A stretch of DNA of 64,000 nt from an uncultured Flavobacteriales bacterium (lineage in GTDB: Bacteria > Bacteroidota > Bacteroidia > Flavobacteriales > UBA1820), in contig CAUHQV010000004.1 in the NCBI GenBank assembly GCA_959608625.1, forward strand, positions 6,503 to 70,502. Direction: 5' to 3'. A program made the translations under genes and the position numbers. The stretch's first letter is position 1. The number at the start of each line of letters is the position of its first letter. The notes under the pieces were generated by a model that saw only the letters and a program-made list of their open reading frames with translations, was not told the origin of the DNA and ran no database searches. This document shows, one piece after another, positions 25,499 through 34,487 of the stretch.

Positions 25499-27088
25499 AT
25501 GGAAAATGCCAAAAAAAATGCCGCCAGAAAGCCTTCTGCGGTGCCTTCGGTCGTGTCCCTGGAGGCCGGAAAACTCCCTCCCCAGGCCGTCGAGTTCGAA
25601 CAGGCCGTCCTGGGAGCCATGATGATAGACCATCGCGCCGTGGACCGGGTAGTGAATATATTCCAGGAGAATGACGAGGTATTCTACCGGCCGGAACACC
25701 GCCATATATACAGCGCCGTCGTCCGGCTGTACAACGATACCAAACCGATAGACCTGCTGACGGTCGGCAATGAACTGCGTTCGGCCGGGCTGCTCGATGC
25801 GGTGGGTGGCGATTTTTACCTTGTACAACTTACACAAAAGGTAAGTTCGGCCGCCAATATCGAATTCCACGCCCGCGTGGTGCAGCAAAAGTATTTCCAG
25901 CGGGAACTCATCCTGTTGTCCACCGACATCATCAATAAATCGTACGACGATTCCACCGACGTGTTCGACCTGCTGGACGATGCGGAATCTGCCATTTTCA
26001 ATATCACCAATACCAACATCAAAAAATCCTACGAGAAAGCGGAGGACCTGGTGCATCAGGCCATCAAGCGGATCGAGGAACTCTCGAAACAGGAAGGGGG
26101 TATCAGCGGTCTTCCGTCCGGTTTCCGCGAAATAGATAAGTGTACAGCAGGTTGGCAGGGCAGCGACCTGGTGGTGATCGCCGCCCGCCCGGGTATGGGT
26201 AAGACGGCATTCGTGGTATCGATGGCCAAAAATATGGCGATCCGCCATGAAGTGCCGGTGGCATTGTTCAGCCTGGAGATGTCCTCGGTACAGCTTATCA
26301 CCCGTATGATCAGTTCGGAGACAGGCATTACGTCCAACAAACTCCGCGAGGGCAGCCTTCAGCAATATGAATGGGATATTCTGTACCAAAAAGTAAAGGA
26401 CTTGGAAAAGGCCCAGATCTATATCGATGAAACCCCGGGGCTTTCCCTGTTGGAATTCCGGGCCAAAGCCCGCCGGTTGGTATCGCAGGGGGTGAAGATA
26501 CTCATTGTCGACTATCTCCAACTGATGACCGTAGGCGGCAAGAACGGACCCGGCAACCGCGAACAGGAAATATCGATGATCTCCCGCACCCTGAAGGCCG
26601 TAGCTAAGGAACTGAATGTGCCGGTGATCGCCCTTTCACAGCTTTCCCGGGGCGTAGAGGCCCAAACGGGACAAAAGCGCCCTTCGCTCCAGCACCTGCG
26701 CGAATCGGGGGCTATCGAACAGGATGCGGATATCGTAAGCTTCATTTACCGTCCGGAGTACTACAATTTCGACACCTGGGAAGACGGGACACCTACCGCC
26801 GGGCAGGCGGAATTCATCATTGCCAAACACCGTAACGGCGATTTGCGCAATATCCGTCTTTCGTTCGTGGGGCCGCTGGCCCAGTTTTCCGACCTGGAAA
26901 CGACAGGCAGCGCTCCCTCGGGCGGACAGGGCTTCGACGTACAGGACGGATACGAATCGAAAATAAACGGCGCGTTCGGCGGTGGCAGCGGGTTCGACCC
27001 GCGGGGCCTGCCGGCCGATGCGTTCGACAGCAAGATCAACCGTCCATCCGGAAATGCGGGCGGTGGTGAAGATGAAATGCCTTTTTAA
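25499..27088 (+). CDS. dnaB: replicative DNA helicase DnaB (with Gly-rich C-terminal extension)
   Basis: N-terminal PPQAVEFEQAVLGAMM, Walker A ARPGMGKTAF, Walker B LIVDYLQLM and SQLSRGVE motifs. Confidence 0.95.
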   Translation: MENAKKNAARKPSAVPSVVSLEAGKLPPQAVEFEQAVLGAMMIDHRAVDRVVNIFQENDEVFYRPEHRHIYSAVVRLYNDTKPIDLLTVGNELRSAGLLDAVGGDFYLVQLTQKVSSAANIEFHARVVQQKYFQRELILLSTDIINKSYDDSTDVFDLLDDAESAIFNITNTNIKKSYEKAEDLVHQAIKRIEELSKQEGGISGLPSGFREIDKCTAGWQGSDLVVIAARPGMGKTAFVVSMAKNMAIRHEVPVALFSLEMSSVQLITRMISSETGITSNKLREGSLQQYEWDILYQKVKDLEKAQIYIDETPGLSLLEFRAKARRLVSQGVKILIVDYLQLMTVGGKNGPGNREQEISMISRTLKAVAKELNVPVIALSQLSRGVEAQTGQKRPSLQHLRESGAIEQDADIVSFIYRPEYYNFDTWEDGTPTAGQAEFIIAKHRNGDLRNIRLSFVGPLAQFSDLETTGSAPSGGQGFDVQDGYESKINGAFGGGSGFDPRGLPADAFDSKINRPSGNAGGGEDEMPF

Positions 27089-27100
27089 CCACAGATAACG

Positions 27101-28207
27101 ATGGATAAGAATATCATTTGCAGCGCGTATTTCCCCAAGACGGATACCCATGCGTTAGTGCAGGAAGAAAACAACAGCGTATACCTGTACCTTTATATCC
27201 GTCCGGAAGGCGGCGATACCGAGATACGGGCCTCCTGGGTGCGCAATTACGCCAAGGCGATAGACTCGGTCGATAAAAAAGCGATGGAGGCGGGCCTTCA
27301 GCCCCGTATGCCGCTCAAAGCATGCAACCATCCCTTAGGCGCGCCTAAGTTCAATCCGGCCGACCTGCGCATCGTTTTCCTGGAGGATGGCGATGGGGCG
27401 GCCCTGTATGAAAAGGATTCCCTGTTGGCCGTAATCCCCGGATGGGCGTCCAGCGGCGAATTTACGGGCTATGCCCGCGATGCGATAGGCACTTCGCCTT
27501 TTGCCTGGGAACTGGGCACGCCTGAACAGAACGACATCTACAAGAGGGTGGAACAGGCCGATGCCTATTGGAAAAGCATGCAGGACAATGCGGCTTGGGA
27601 AGAGTTCCGCGATGGCCACCTGGCAGCTATCGAAAAAGCATACGGGAAACATACCGAATACTTGGTGGTGGACAATGGCTATTTCCCGCCCAAGGCGGTC
27701 GTAATGGTAAACAAAGGAGATGATGTATTCCTGTTCACCCTTGGAATGTCCCTGCTTCAGCAGCCGTCCGTGGAAATGTACAGTCAGTACCCCGAAGGCC
27801 TGCGCCGGGCCGAATTGGCGATGGGTATCCGCAAGGAATTGTTTGAAAAACACCGGGACGGATTTATCGCGTATCTCGTCGGACTGTCGGACATTCCGTG
27901 GAATTATACGACTTTTTTGGCCGACGGGCATACGGTGCTGTTCGATATCGAGCCGTTCAAGACAGTATTCACCAATGCATTGCTGCTCGACGGGGAAGCG
28001 AACTTTTCCGAGAAACTGTACGGGCGTTTCCGCGGGGATGCCGTGAACAACCTGTGGGTGGTTCCTATTACGGAAACGGAACAGCATTATGCCGAAGAGT
28101 TGGGCAACGAAGCCCTGGTGAAGAATGCACTGGATGCGCGCGGCCTAAAGATATTCGACGGGAAGGATCAGTTCGGCCCGCTGGCGGCGCCTGAAAAAAA
28201 GAAGTGA
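27101..28207 (+). CDS. hypothetical protein with C-terminal suppressor-of-fused (SUFU)-like domain
   Basis: 368 aa. The C-terminal half (FLFTLGMSLLQQP ... ELAMGI ... IPWNYTTFLADGHTV) resembles bacterial SUFU-domain proteins, judged from memory. The gene starts 12 nt after dnaB. Confidence 0.5.
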   Translation: MDKNIICSAYFPKTDTHALVQEENNSVYLYLYIRPEGGDTEIRASWVRNYAKAIDSVDKKAMEAGLQPRMPLKACNHPLGAPKFNPADLRIVFLEDGDGAALYEKDSLLAVIPGWASSGEFTGYARDAIGTSPFAWELGTPEQNDIYKRVEQADAYWKSMQDNAAWEEFRDGHLAAIEKAYGKHTEYLVVDNGYFPPKAVVMVNKGDDVFLFTLGMSLLQQPSVEMYSQYPEGLRRAELAMGIRKELFEKHRDGFIAYLVGLSDIPWNYTTFLADGHTVLFDIEPFKTVFTNALLLDGEANFSEKLYGRFRGDAVNNLWVVPITETEQHYAEELGNEALVKNALDARGLKIFDGKDQFGPLAAPEKKK

Positions 28208-28246
28208 AGCACTTTTCCGGTAACAAGCATCCGGACTTTTATAAAT

Positions 28247-28279
28247 AAACAAAACCCCGCTTGATGCGGGGTTTTGTTT
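28247..28279. terminator. bidirectional intrinsic terminator between convergent genes
   Basis: aaacaaaaccccgc ttgat gcggggttttgttt. Confidence 0.65.
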
Positions 28280-28281
28280 AT

Positions 28282-28776
28282 TTATTCGAAAGTGTTCTTG
28301 ATGCCTTTTTCGGTAGTCTTGATGATTTTGTAAGTGAACCGCTTGTTCATCACGTATTGGTAGAGCCCCGCCAGGATGATGGTGAATATCTTGGAGCCGA
28401 TGTCGTACAGCCCTAGGTATTCTACCATAAACACCATCAGCGCGCTGGAGAAGGCCAATCCTACCCAAGCGATGGCGAAGAACATGAAGAAGCGGCGGAA
28501 CAGCTTGTCCGGGGTGCGGAAATTGATCTTCGTGTTCATCAGGAAACTACAGAACAGTCCTGCGTTCACGCTGATCACATGGGCGGAGAGCACATGCATT
28601 TCGGTATAGCGCATCAGTACATAAAATAAACAAAAATCGAGAACTTCGCACGAAGCACCGATGATCGTATATATGATGAAATGCCTGTTTTTTCCGAAAA
28701 AGCTCAACGTATCCCGATTCTGTTTGAATTTTTTTCCAAAACAGACAAATTTACTTCTAAAAAATAAACCCGGCAA
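28282..28776 (-). CDS. GtrA-family membrane protein
   Basis: Small 4-TM protein with the pattern FIIYTIIGASCEVLDFCLFYVL ... KINFRTPDKLFRRFF typical of GtrA-like proteins. Confidence 0.65.
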   Translation of the reverse strand: MPGLFFRSKFVCFGKKFKQNRDTLSFFGKNRHFIIYTIIGASCEVLDFCLFYVLMRYTEMHVLSAHVISVNAGLFCSFLMNTKINFRTPDKLFRRFFMFFAIAWVGLAFSSALMVFMVEYLGLYDIGSKIFTIILAGLYQYVMNKRFTYKIIKTTEKGIKNTFE

Positions 28777-28819
28777 AAAAATCGCCGGGTTTAGGGTATT
28801 TTTAGGGGTTGATTTTCAA

Positions 28820-30046
28820 TCAGCGCCCTGCCGGAGGTACTTTTAGTAACAGGTACGCAATAAAACCGTACAGCCCGGTCACTGCCGTCACCAATGCCGG
28901 GAGGAGGAGACTCTTGTTTTTCCGGCGGCGGATCACCACCAGTACTCCTGCCAACACGATATTTAGGATGAGGGCTTTATACGAGATGTCCTCGAGGCGC
29001 GGATAGGCGTATTTGTCGTTGTAGGAAGTGAACGAGAGGCTGAACGGGAAGATGTATTCGGCTATCTTTCGGGCGGAGCCCGGAGCGAAATCCATTTGCC
29101 GGTCGCGGATCAGGGAATGGTCGTCCGAATCGATGCCATACCAGCGCACTTCGCTGTCCCCGTCGATGCGGATCGTCCAGTTGAACATATTGGCGATGAT
29201 CATCAGGCTTTCCGTTTCGGGATCGAAACGCTCGACCGGGAGCTTTACCAGATTGTAGTCCTTGTCGAGGGCGTAGAGATTGTGATTTCCGTCGGTCAGA
29301 AAGCCGAAGTACCTTTTGCTGCGGAACTCAGTGACAAAAGCATGGCGCATCCCCAGTGCCGGGTCGATGCCGGTCTCGCGGACGAAAGGACGCTCCTTGA
29401 CCATCATCAGGCGGAATACCTTCCCGGCGCTGTCGATAAGGAGATAGCCATTGTCGTACTCCTTGCGGGTGGTCGGATTGCCATTTATCTCCACTGCCGG
29501 GAAAGCGAACCCCTTTTTCTCCATCGCCTCGGTGAAGAGACGGCTTTTTTCCTTATTTACGGTATTCGTAGCCATATCGATGAACTCGATGCCACGGTCG
29601 GTAATGCGGAACACATCGGAAGGCATTTCCAGATCTACCCGGCCGGACATACTTTCCAGCAGGGGATAGAGCCCCACCGAGCGGTTGTTGATGTCCGAAG
29701 GGGACGAACGGAACATGAAATTACCCGTCTGGATGTCTTTCGGGGTCATGGGAAGGCCCCGAAGGCTGTCCGGCATGCGGCTGTCCGCGATCAACTGGCG
29801 GAAATACAGTGTGGGGAGCATGCTATCGATCTCACTTTTGGTGTAGGTCTTTCCGTCCTCGTCGACCATTGCCAGGCCTTTGTCCCCGGAGGGAGCGTTG
29901 CTCAGGAACTGGTCGTTCACCTCGCTCAGCAGGGTGAAGGGGGCGGATTGCGTGTGGGGGGTGGCGAAACTGTACAGCCAGGGCAGTATCCACGCCAGGG
30001 CGGCTATTGACAGGAAGTACAGGAATATTTTACCGTATCGGGTCAT
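28820..30046 (-). CDS. DUF4857-like bitopic membrane protein (N- and C-terminal TM anchors, large extracytoplasmic domain)
   Basis: N-terminal TM segment IFLYFLSIAALAWILPWLY, two C-terminal TM segments, and about 330 aa of soluble sequence between them. The family name is from memory of neighbouring-gene annotations in Bacteroidota. Confidence 0.6.
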   Translation of the reverse strand: MTRYGKIFLYFLSIAALAWILPWLYSFATPHTQSAPFTLLSEVNDQFLSNAPSGDKGLAMVDEDGKTYTKSEIDSMLPTLYFRQLIADSRMPDSLRGLPMTPKDIQTGNFMFRSSPSDINNRSVGLYPLLESMSGRVDLEMPSDVFRITDRGIEFIDMATNTVNKEKSRLFTEAMEKKGFAFPAVEINGNPTTRKEYDNGYLLIDSAGKVFRLMMVKERPFVRETGIDPALGMRHAFVTEFRSKRYFGFLTDGNHNLYALDKDYNLVKLPVERFDPETESLMIIANMFNWTIRIDGDSEVRWYGIDSDDHSLIRDRQMDFAPGSARKIAEYIFPFSLSFTSYNDKYAYPRLEDISYKALILNIVLAGVLVVIRRRKNKSLLLPALVTAVTGLYGFIAYLLLKVPPAGR

Positions 30047-30070
30047 TTTTTTCGTGTTTTAGTTCGTTGT

Positions 30071-30742
30071 TCAGTCCTGTGCCCCGGCTTTGAAACGCAG
30101 TACGGACAGCCAGGTAAATACGGAGAGGCTCAGGGTGATCCACAGCATCCAGGGCAGGAACCCGTTGTAGCTTTCCGGGTCGGATGAAATGTAGAACATC
30201 CTCAGTACGGCCACGGCGATCAGCGCCGCTACGATTTTCATCCGGACGGTAGGTTCCGTCAGGATCCAGGCCCCCAAATAGTAAGCGGCCAATCCGCACA
30301 AATACCAGGGGAGCATCGTCAGCAGGATACGGTCGGTCAGTTCGCGCGCCAGGAAGCTCCCGGTATAAAGCCCTATAGCCGATGCGCTGGCAGCAAAAAC
30401 AGCTACCAGAAGTACTGTGCCGAACATGAGCATGGTAAACGTCATCCGCATCTGCGACAGGGGCAGGTGCAGGGTCAGTTTCAGGCGTTTCTGGAGCATT
30501 TCGGGCAGGAATTGGGCGACGGCCACAGCCAGTCCCACGGTCGGGAAAACGTATTGCATCACATCGACGAAGACCATATCGCGCCCGATCATCAACTCCC
30601 AGATGTGGGTCACATCCTTGATCGTGACGATGCGCGAGATGCGCATCAGGCAGTAAACGGTAAAGGCGGCCACGACGGCGACCATGCACAGGTAACAAGT
30701 CCGCACTTTCAGCCACTCCTTGAAAAAGACAGCTTTATTCAT
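30071..30742 (-). CDS. ABC-2-type transporter permease-like membrane protein
   Basis: 223 aa with about 6 predicted TM helices, directly downstream of the ABC ATPase gene. Confidence 0.6.
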   Translation of the reverse strand: MNKAVFFKEWLKVRTCYLCMVAVVAAFTVYCLMRISRIVTIKDVTHIWELMIGRDMVFVDVMQYVFPTVGLAVAVAQFLPEMLQKRLKLTLHLPLSQMRMTFTMLMFGTVLLVAVFAASASAIGLYTGSFLARELTDRILLTMLPWYLCGLAAYYLGAWILTEPTVRMKIVAALIAVAVLRMFYISSDPESYNGFLPWMLWITLSLSVFTWLSVLRFKAGAQD

Positions 30743-30761
30743 CTTTCGGTTCGTTTTAGCG

Positions 30762-31652
30762 TTAGTATTTTCCCGTCAGGCCGATAAAGGCATCTTCGAG
30801 GTTGACCTTTTCGGCTTTCAGGCCGTCGAAAGAGATGCCGCTGCGCCGCAGGTAGTTCCCGACGTATTCTTCCCCTTCGAACGAAAAAGCTTCGCCGCTG
30901 TTCTTTATCACACCCGGGTGGTAGATACCGGGGTCGCCCGGAAGCTCGGTGTCCGGTTGTCCGGTGGTGAAGGTGTAGCGACGCAGGTTTTCCAGCAGAT
31001 AGTTCACAGGCTGCTGAATGAGGATACGCCCGTAGTCCATCATGATGCAGTCGTCTATCAGGCGCTCCATGTCGCTGATGATATGCGAGGTGAGGAATAC
31101 CGTCTTATCTTCCGCCTTGGCGTATTCTTTCAGGTAGTCGATGAACAGGCGGCGGTAACCCGGGTCCAAACCCATCGAAAAGTCGTCCAGCACCAGCAGG
31201 TCGGGATCCTGCGCCAGGATAAGCCCGAGAGTCACCTGGGAACGCTGTCCGCATGACATGCGTGAGATGGGTTGCCCGGGGGCTACGTGGAGCTTTTCCA
31301 TCAGCCCGTAGTAGGCGTCTTTTTTCCAGCGGGGATAAAAGGCGCTGTAGAATTTTTCCACCTGTCCGATGGTCATGAAACTATACTGTACGTGCCCTTC
31401 GATGAGTAGCCCGATGCGACGGCGCGTACCGGGATCCATGTATTTGATGTTTTCTCCGAAGATGAGACACTCCCCGGCGGCCGGCCGCAGATATCCGGAA
31501 AGGATATTGATGGTCGTGGTCTTGCCCGTCCCGTTCTTCCCCAGCAGCCCCAGTATCCGGCCTTTCGGCACGCTGAAGCTAAGGTTCTCGTAGATCAGCC
31601 GGGAACCGTAATAATGGGTCAGGTTCCGGCATTCGATGATGTTTTCCTGCAT
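30762..31652 (-). CDS. ABC transporter ATP-binding protein
   Basis: Walker A GKNGTGKTT, signature MSCGQRSQ, Walker B LLVLDD and H-loop TSH. The start is taken at MQENIIECRNL (31652); the longer ORF to 32168 overlaps the upstream barrel gene. Confidence 0.9.
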   Translation of the reverse strand: MQENIIECRNLTHYYGSRLIYENLSFSVPKGRILGLLGKNGTGKTTTINILSGYLRPAAGECLIFGENIKYMDPGTRRRIGLLIEGHVQYSFMTIGQVEKFYSAFYPRWKKDAYYGLMEKLHVAPGQPISRMSCGQRSQVTLGLILAQDPDLLVLDDFSMGLDPGYRRLFIDYLKEYAKAEDKTVFLTSHIISDMERLIDDCIMMDYGRILIQQPVNYLLENLRRYTFTTGQPDTELPGDPGIYHPGVIKNSGEAFSFEGEEYVGNYLRRSGISFDGLKAEKVNLEDAFIGLTGKY

Positions 31653-31669
31653 GTATTTTGTTTGATGTG

Positions 31670-33208
31670 TTATAACGATACGGAAAGCCCCAGGGAGGCT
31701 CCCCATCTTTTGGTCCCTTCTTTCCCGAAAGCGTATCCGCCGGCCGCTTCTATTTTCAGCCCGAAACTTTTGACGGGCACGGTATAGTCCGCAGACAGGC
31801 TTACGCGGGTATAATCCTTTTTCAGATAGTCGTACAAGGGGATAAGCATATTTTGGACGACGATCTCGTCGTCCCCGGTGGGGGCGAGGAGGCTCGCGTC
31901 GGTATTGGCTTTGTGTTCGGCGGAAAGACGGGCCGAAAAACTGTTTTCTTTCCATGCCTTTCGCAGGCCGAAATTGGCCCCGAAACGGATGTCGGATATT
32001 TCCATGTGGTACTGCGGCTGGGTGAATTTTTCTTCCCAACTGCTGAAACCGGCCTGTACGCCATACCACAGGCAGAACCGCTCGGATATGCCCTGCCGGT
32101 ATTCCCCGTGCAGCCACCCGTTGGCTCCTGTGATCTTGTTCCGTAGCGTTTTGTTGAGAAAACGCCATACTTGTACGCCGGTCTGCTGATCGCTTTCCAC
32201 ACGCTCATAGAGGCTTTCGTACCCTTTCTGCTGCCAGGCTTCCGCGGTCAGCGTCACCGTGAGGGCGGAGAGGCCCATCGTGCGGCGGTAAGCCCCGCGC
32301 AGCTCGGCCCCGATCCGCGAAGTGTTGAACGGGATACGGTTGTCCGATTCTTCGGTGTTGATACTACGATAACGGAAAGCCGCCGTCAGGTCGAAAGCGT
32401 TCTTCCCGCTTTTTTCCCATTGCAGCCCGGCCAGTACGCCGTCGCTGCGGTAATAGCGGGCGAAAGACGATTCCCCTTTGGAGAACATACGGTCGAAAAG
32501 GCCCATACCGCGCATCAGGTAAAATACGTAAGTCCGGCTCGGTTCTTTCACCGAAATGTTGACATGCTGCTTGTAGAACGTGTATTCCACAAAAGCGCCT
32601 ATGCGTTGCGTTTCACTGAGGCGCAAAGTCCACCCCGGGTTCAGTACCAGGGTAGAGGTGGTGTTCTTGGGCCGGGGGTCGCGCGAACGGTGTGCCATAT
32701 CGCCGGTGTATTCCACCCGCAGTCCGGCCGTATGGCGGCCGATATACCGGGAATAGCTGCCCGAAAGATGGTACGTCTCGTTCACATAATCGCCGCCCAC
32801 AACGTCCCCTACGATATAGGGATACAACATCCATACGTCGCTCACATCGGTCCAGCGGGTGTTCTTCCGGGTGCCGGTGGTAAAGGTCGCTTCGCCGGAA
32901 AAAATACTTTTCCCTTTCTGTACGCCGTATCCTCTGGCGTAGATGTGGAACCGGTTGCCGCCGTCGCCCTCGAACGGACTGTTGAGCCCATCGGAATCCC
33001 AATAGGAGAACGAGGCCGCCACTTCCGTCTGGGCCGGAGTATCCAGCGAACCGTACGAGGTAGGGTTTACTCGGTAGCCCTGCCTCCAGACAGGGGAATC
33101 GAGGGTGTCCCGCGGGACACCCTCCGATTCCCCCAGGATCTGGGAGTAGGCGTTTACGGCACTGATGCCGGTAAACAGGACAACGCATGTAAGTTGTTTA
33201 AAAGTCAT
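31670..33208 (-). CDS. outer-membrane beta-barrel protein (DUF6850-like)
   Basis: Signal peptide MTFKQLTCVVLFTGISAVNAYS, alternating beta-strand pattern and aromatic C-terminal end (LGLSVSL). The stop of the upstream gene lies 1 nt away. Confidence 0.6.
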   Translation of the reverse strand: MTFKQLTCVVLFTGISAVNAYSQILGESEGVPRDTLDSPVWRQGYRVNPTSYGSLDTPAQTEVAASFSYWDSDGLNSPFEGDGGNRFHIYARGYGVQKGKSIFSGEATFTTGTRKNTRWTDVSDVWMLYPYIVGDVVGGDYVNETYHLSGSYSRYIGRHTAGLRVEYTGDMAHRSRDPRPKNTTSTLVLNPGWTLRLSETQRIGAFVEYTFYKQHVNISVKEPSRTYVFYLMRGMGLFDRMFSKGESSFARYYRSDGVLAGLQWEKSGKNAFDLTAAFRYRSINTEESDNRIPFNTSRIGAELRGAYRRTMGLSALTVTLTAEAWQQKGYESLYERVESDQQTGVQVWRFLNKTLRNKITGANGWLHGEYRQGISERFCLWYGVQAGFSSWEEKFTQPQYHMEISDIRFGANFGLRKAWKENSFSARLSAEHKANTDASLLAPTGDDEIVVQNMLIPLYDYLKKDYTRVSLSADYTVPVKSFGLKIEAAGGYAFGKEGTKRWGASLGLSVSL

Positions 33209-33209
33209 T

Positions 33210-34460
33210 TTATTCCTTTACTTCGTAAGGAGAAAGCTCCTGGTTGGGGCGGAAGTCGTTCGACGAGTTGTTGGTATCCTGGAGGATATAACGCCCGTCG
33301 GCCGTTTTTTCTTTCACCTTGCGGGATACGCACAGGCCGGTGTAAGAGCCGCTTTCACCCGCATTTGCACCTACATAGGTATAGCCGGCATCCACCGAAG
33401 AGGGCAGCGAAGGATTATTCAGGGCCGATCCGTTGGGGGCCAGCTGTACGCCGTCGATGATCATTTCGGTAGGGATGGGGTACATTTCCTTGGACGTGCC
33501 CGAAGGGTAGATAATATCGGTCTTCAGGCTGTTCATAAAGGCGGTGATATCGCCTGTGGGACGCAGGATGAAGTAGGCCCGGTTGCTCTGTACCGAGAAC
33601 GAGTTGATAGTCTTGGAATAACCGTACAGGTTGATCATGTTGGGTACTTCGGGTACGTCTACGTCCAAAGCATGGTCGTCGTACCACTCGAAATCGGCCT
33701 TGGACATGTCGGATTTGCTGGACCCGCCGCTGGCCTCGGTATGATTGAGCCCCTGGCTGGCCACCACGAAGCATTTACCGGGCTGAACGGGGTGCTGTTT
33801 CCCGGTACCGGGTACTTGCAGCAGCATATCGGGAACCACCTTTCCGGGAAGCAGATTGCCCAGGTAGGATTGGTCCATATTGTCGTTGGTAAATTTGGAC
33901 GACATGGCGATAATCAGGCTGTCGGCATAGAGTACCTGGTCCGAGTTGTTGTACAGGGTGATGTACTGGTCGTACATATAGGCCTTTCCGGCATCCGTGC
34001 GGCAGCCGGAGGTATATACCTCTTTGATGACCCATCCGCCGCTTACCGTGGCGATCTCCGGGATCACAGGGGGCAGTACCACGCCGGCGCCTTCCACCGG
34101 CATCATGATGCTCTGGCTGGTCAGGTTGTACTGGTAAAGGGTTTCTTTGCCGTTGGCCTGGTACGTGCCGGAAACAGCTACGTTGTAGATGCCTTCTTCG
34201 ACCTTGGCCTTGGCTATGCCTTGGGCGTCGGTCTTGACCGGGGTCTTAGCCTGGGTGGCGGTGTTGGTGAAGACCACGTCGAATCCGACAGCCGGATCGC
34301 CGGCCGAAGCCTTGGTGCCCGGGGTAACGGGTTCGGGCACTTCATTGGCCGGAAGGTTCACGGTAAGCGCCACATCCACCAGGGTGGGGGTGTTGTCCTT
34401 GCTGCAGCCTGCCAGAATGAGCAGGGGGAGCAGGAGCAGGGTAAATACGGTTTTTTTCAT
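33210..34460 (-). CDS. lipoprotein, DUF4876-like (N-terminal Ig/CarboxypepD_reg-like region plus lamin-tail-domain-like region)
   Basis: Lipobox LLILAGCSKDN. EGIYNVAVSGTY is a carboxypeptidase-regulatory-like strand. WVIKEVYTSGC...YDQYITLYNNSDQVLYADSLIIA resembles the LTD pattern. Confidence 0.55.
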   Translation of the reverse strand: MKKTVFTLLLLPLLILAGCSKDNTPTLVDVALTVNLPANEVPEPVTPGTKASAGDPAVGFDVVFTNTATQAKTPVKTDAQGIAKAKVEEGIYNVAVSGTYQANGKETLYQYNLTSQSIMMPVEGAGVVLPPVIPEIATVSGGWVIKEVYTSGCRTDAGKAYMYDQYITLYNNSDQVLYADSLIIAMSSKFTNDNMDQSYLGNLLPGKVVPDMLLQVPGTGKQHPVQPGKCFVVASQGLNHTEASGGSSKSDMSKADFEWYDDHALDVDVPEVPNMINLYGYSKTINSFSVQSNRAYFILRPTGDITAFMNSLKTDIIYPSGTSKEMYPIPTEMIIDGVQLAPNGSALNNPSLPSSVDAGYTYVGANAGESGSYTGLCVSRKVKEKTADGRYILQDTNNSSNDFRPNQELSPYEVKE

Positions 34461-34487
34461 CTGATTATTATTTATTTAGGATTAATA

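Noticed and set aside
30762-32168. N-terminally extended versions of several ORFs. Examples are 30762-32168, 11065-12231, 11922-13076, 16963-18498, 50023-50886, 50738-51664, 55198-55797, 59940-61331, 18570-19706 and 23317-25053.
   Set aside because: The extensions overlap upstream genes or promoter boxes and translate to low-complexity sequence. Internal starts give canonical N-termini (P-loops, signal peptides) and tight operon spacing.
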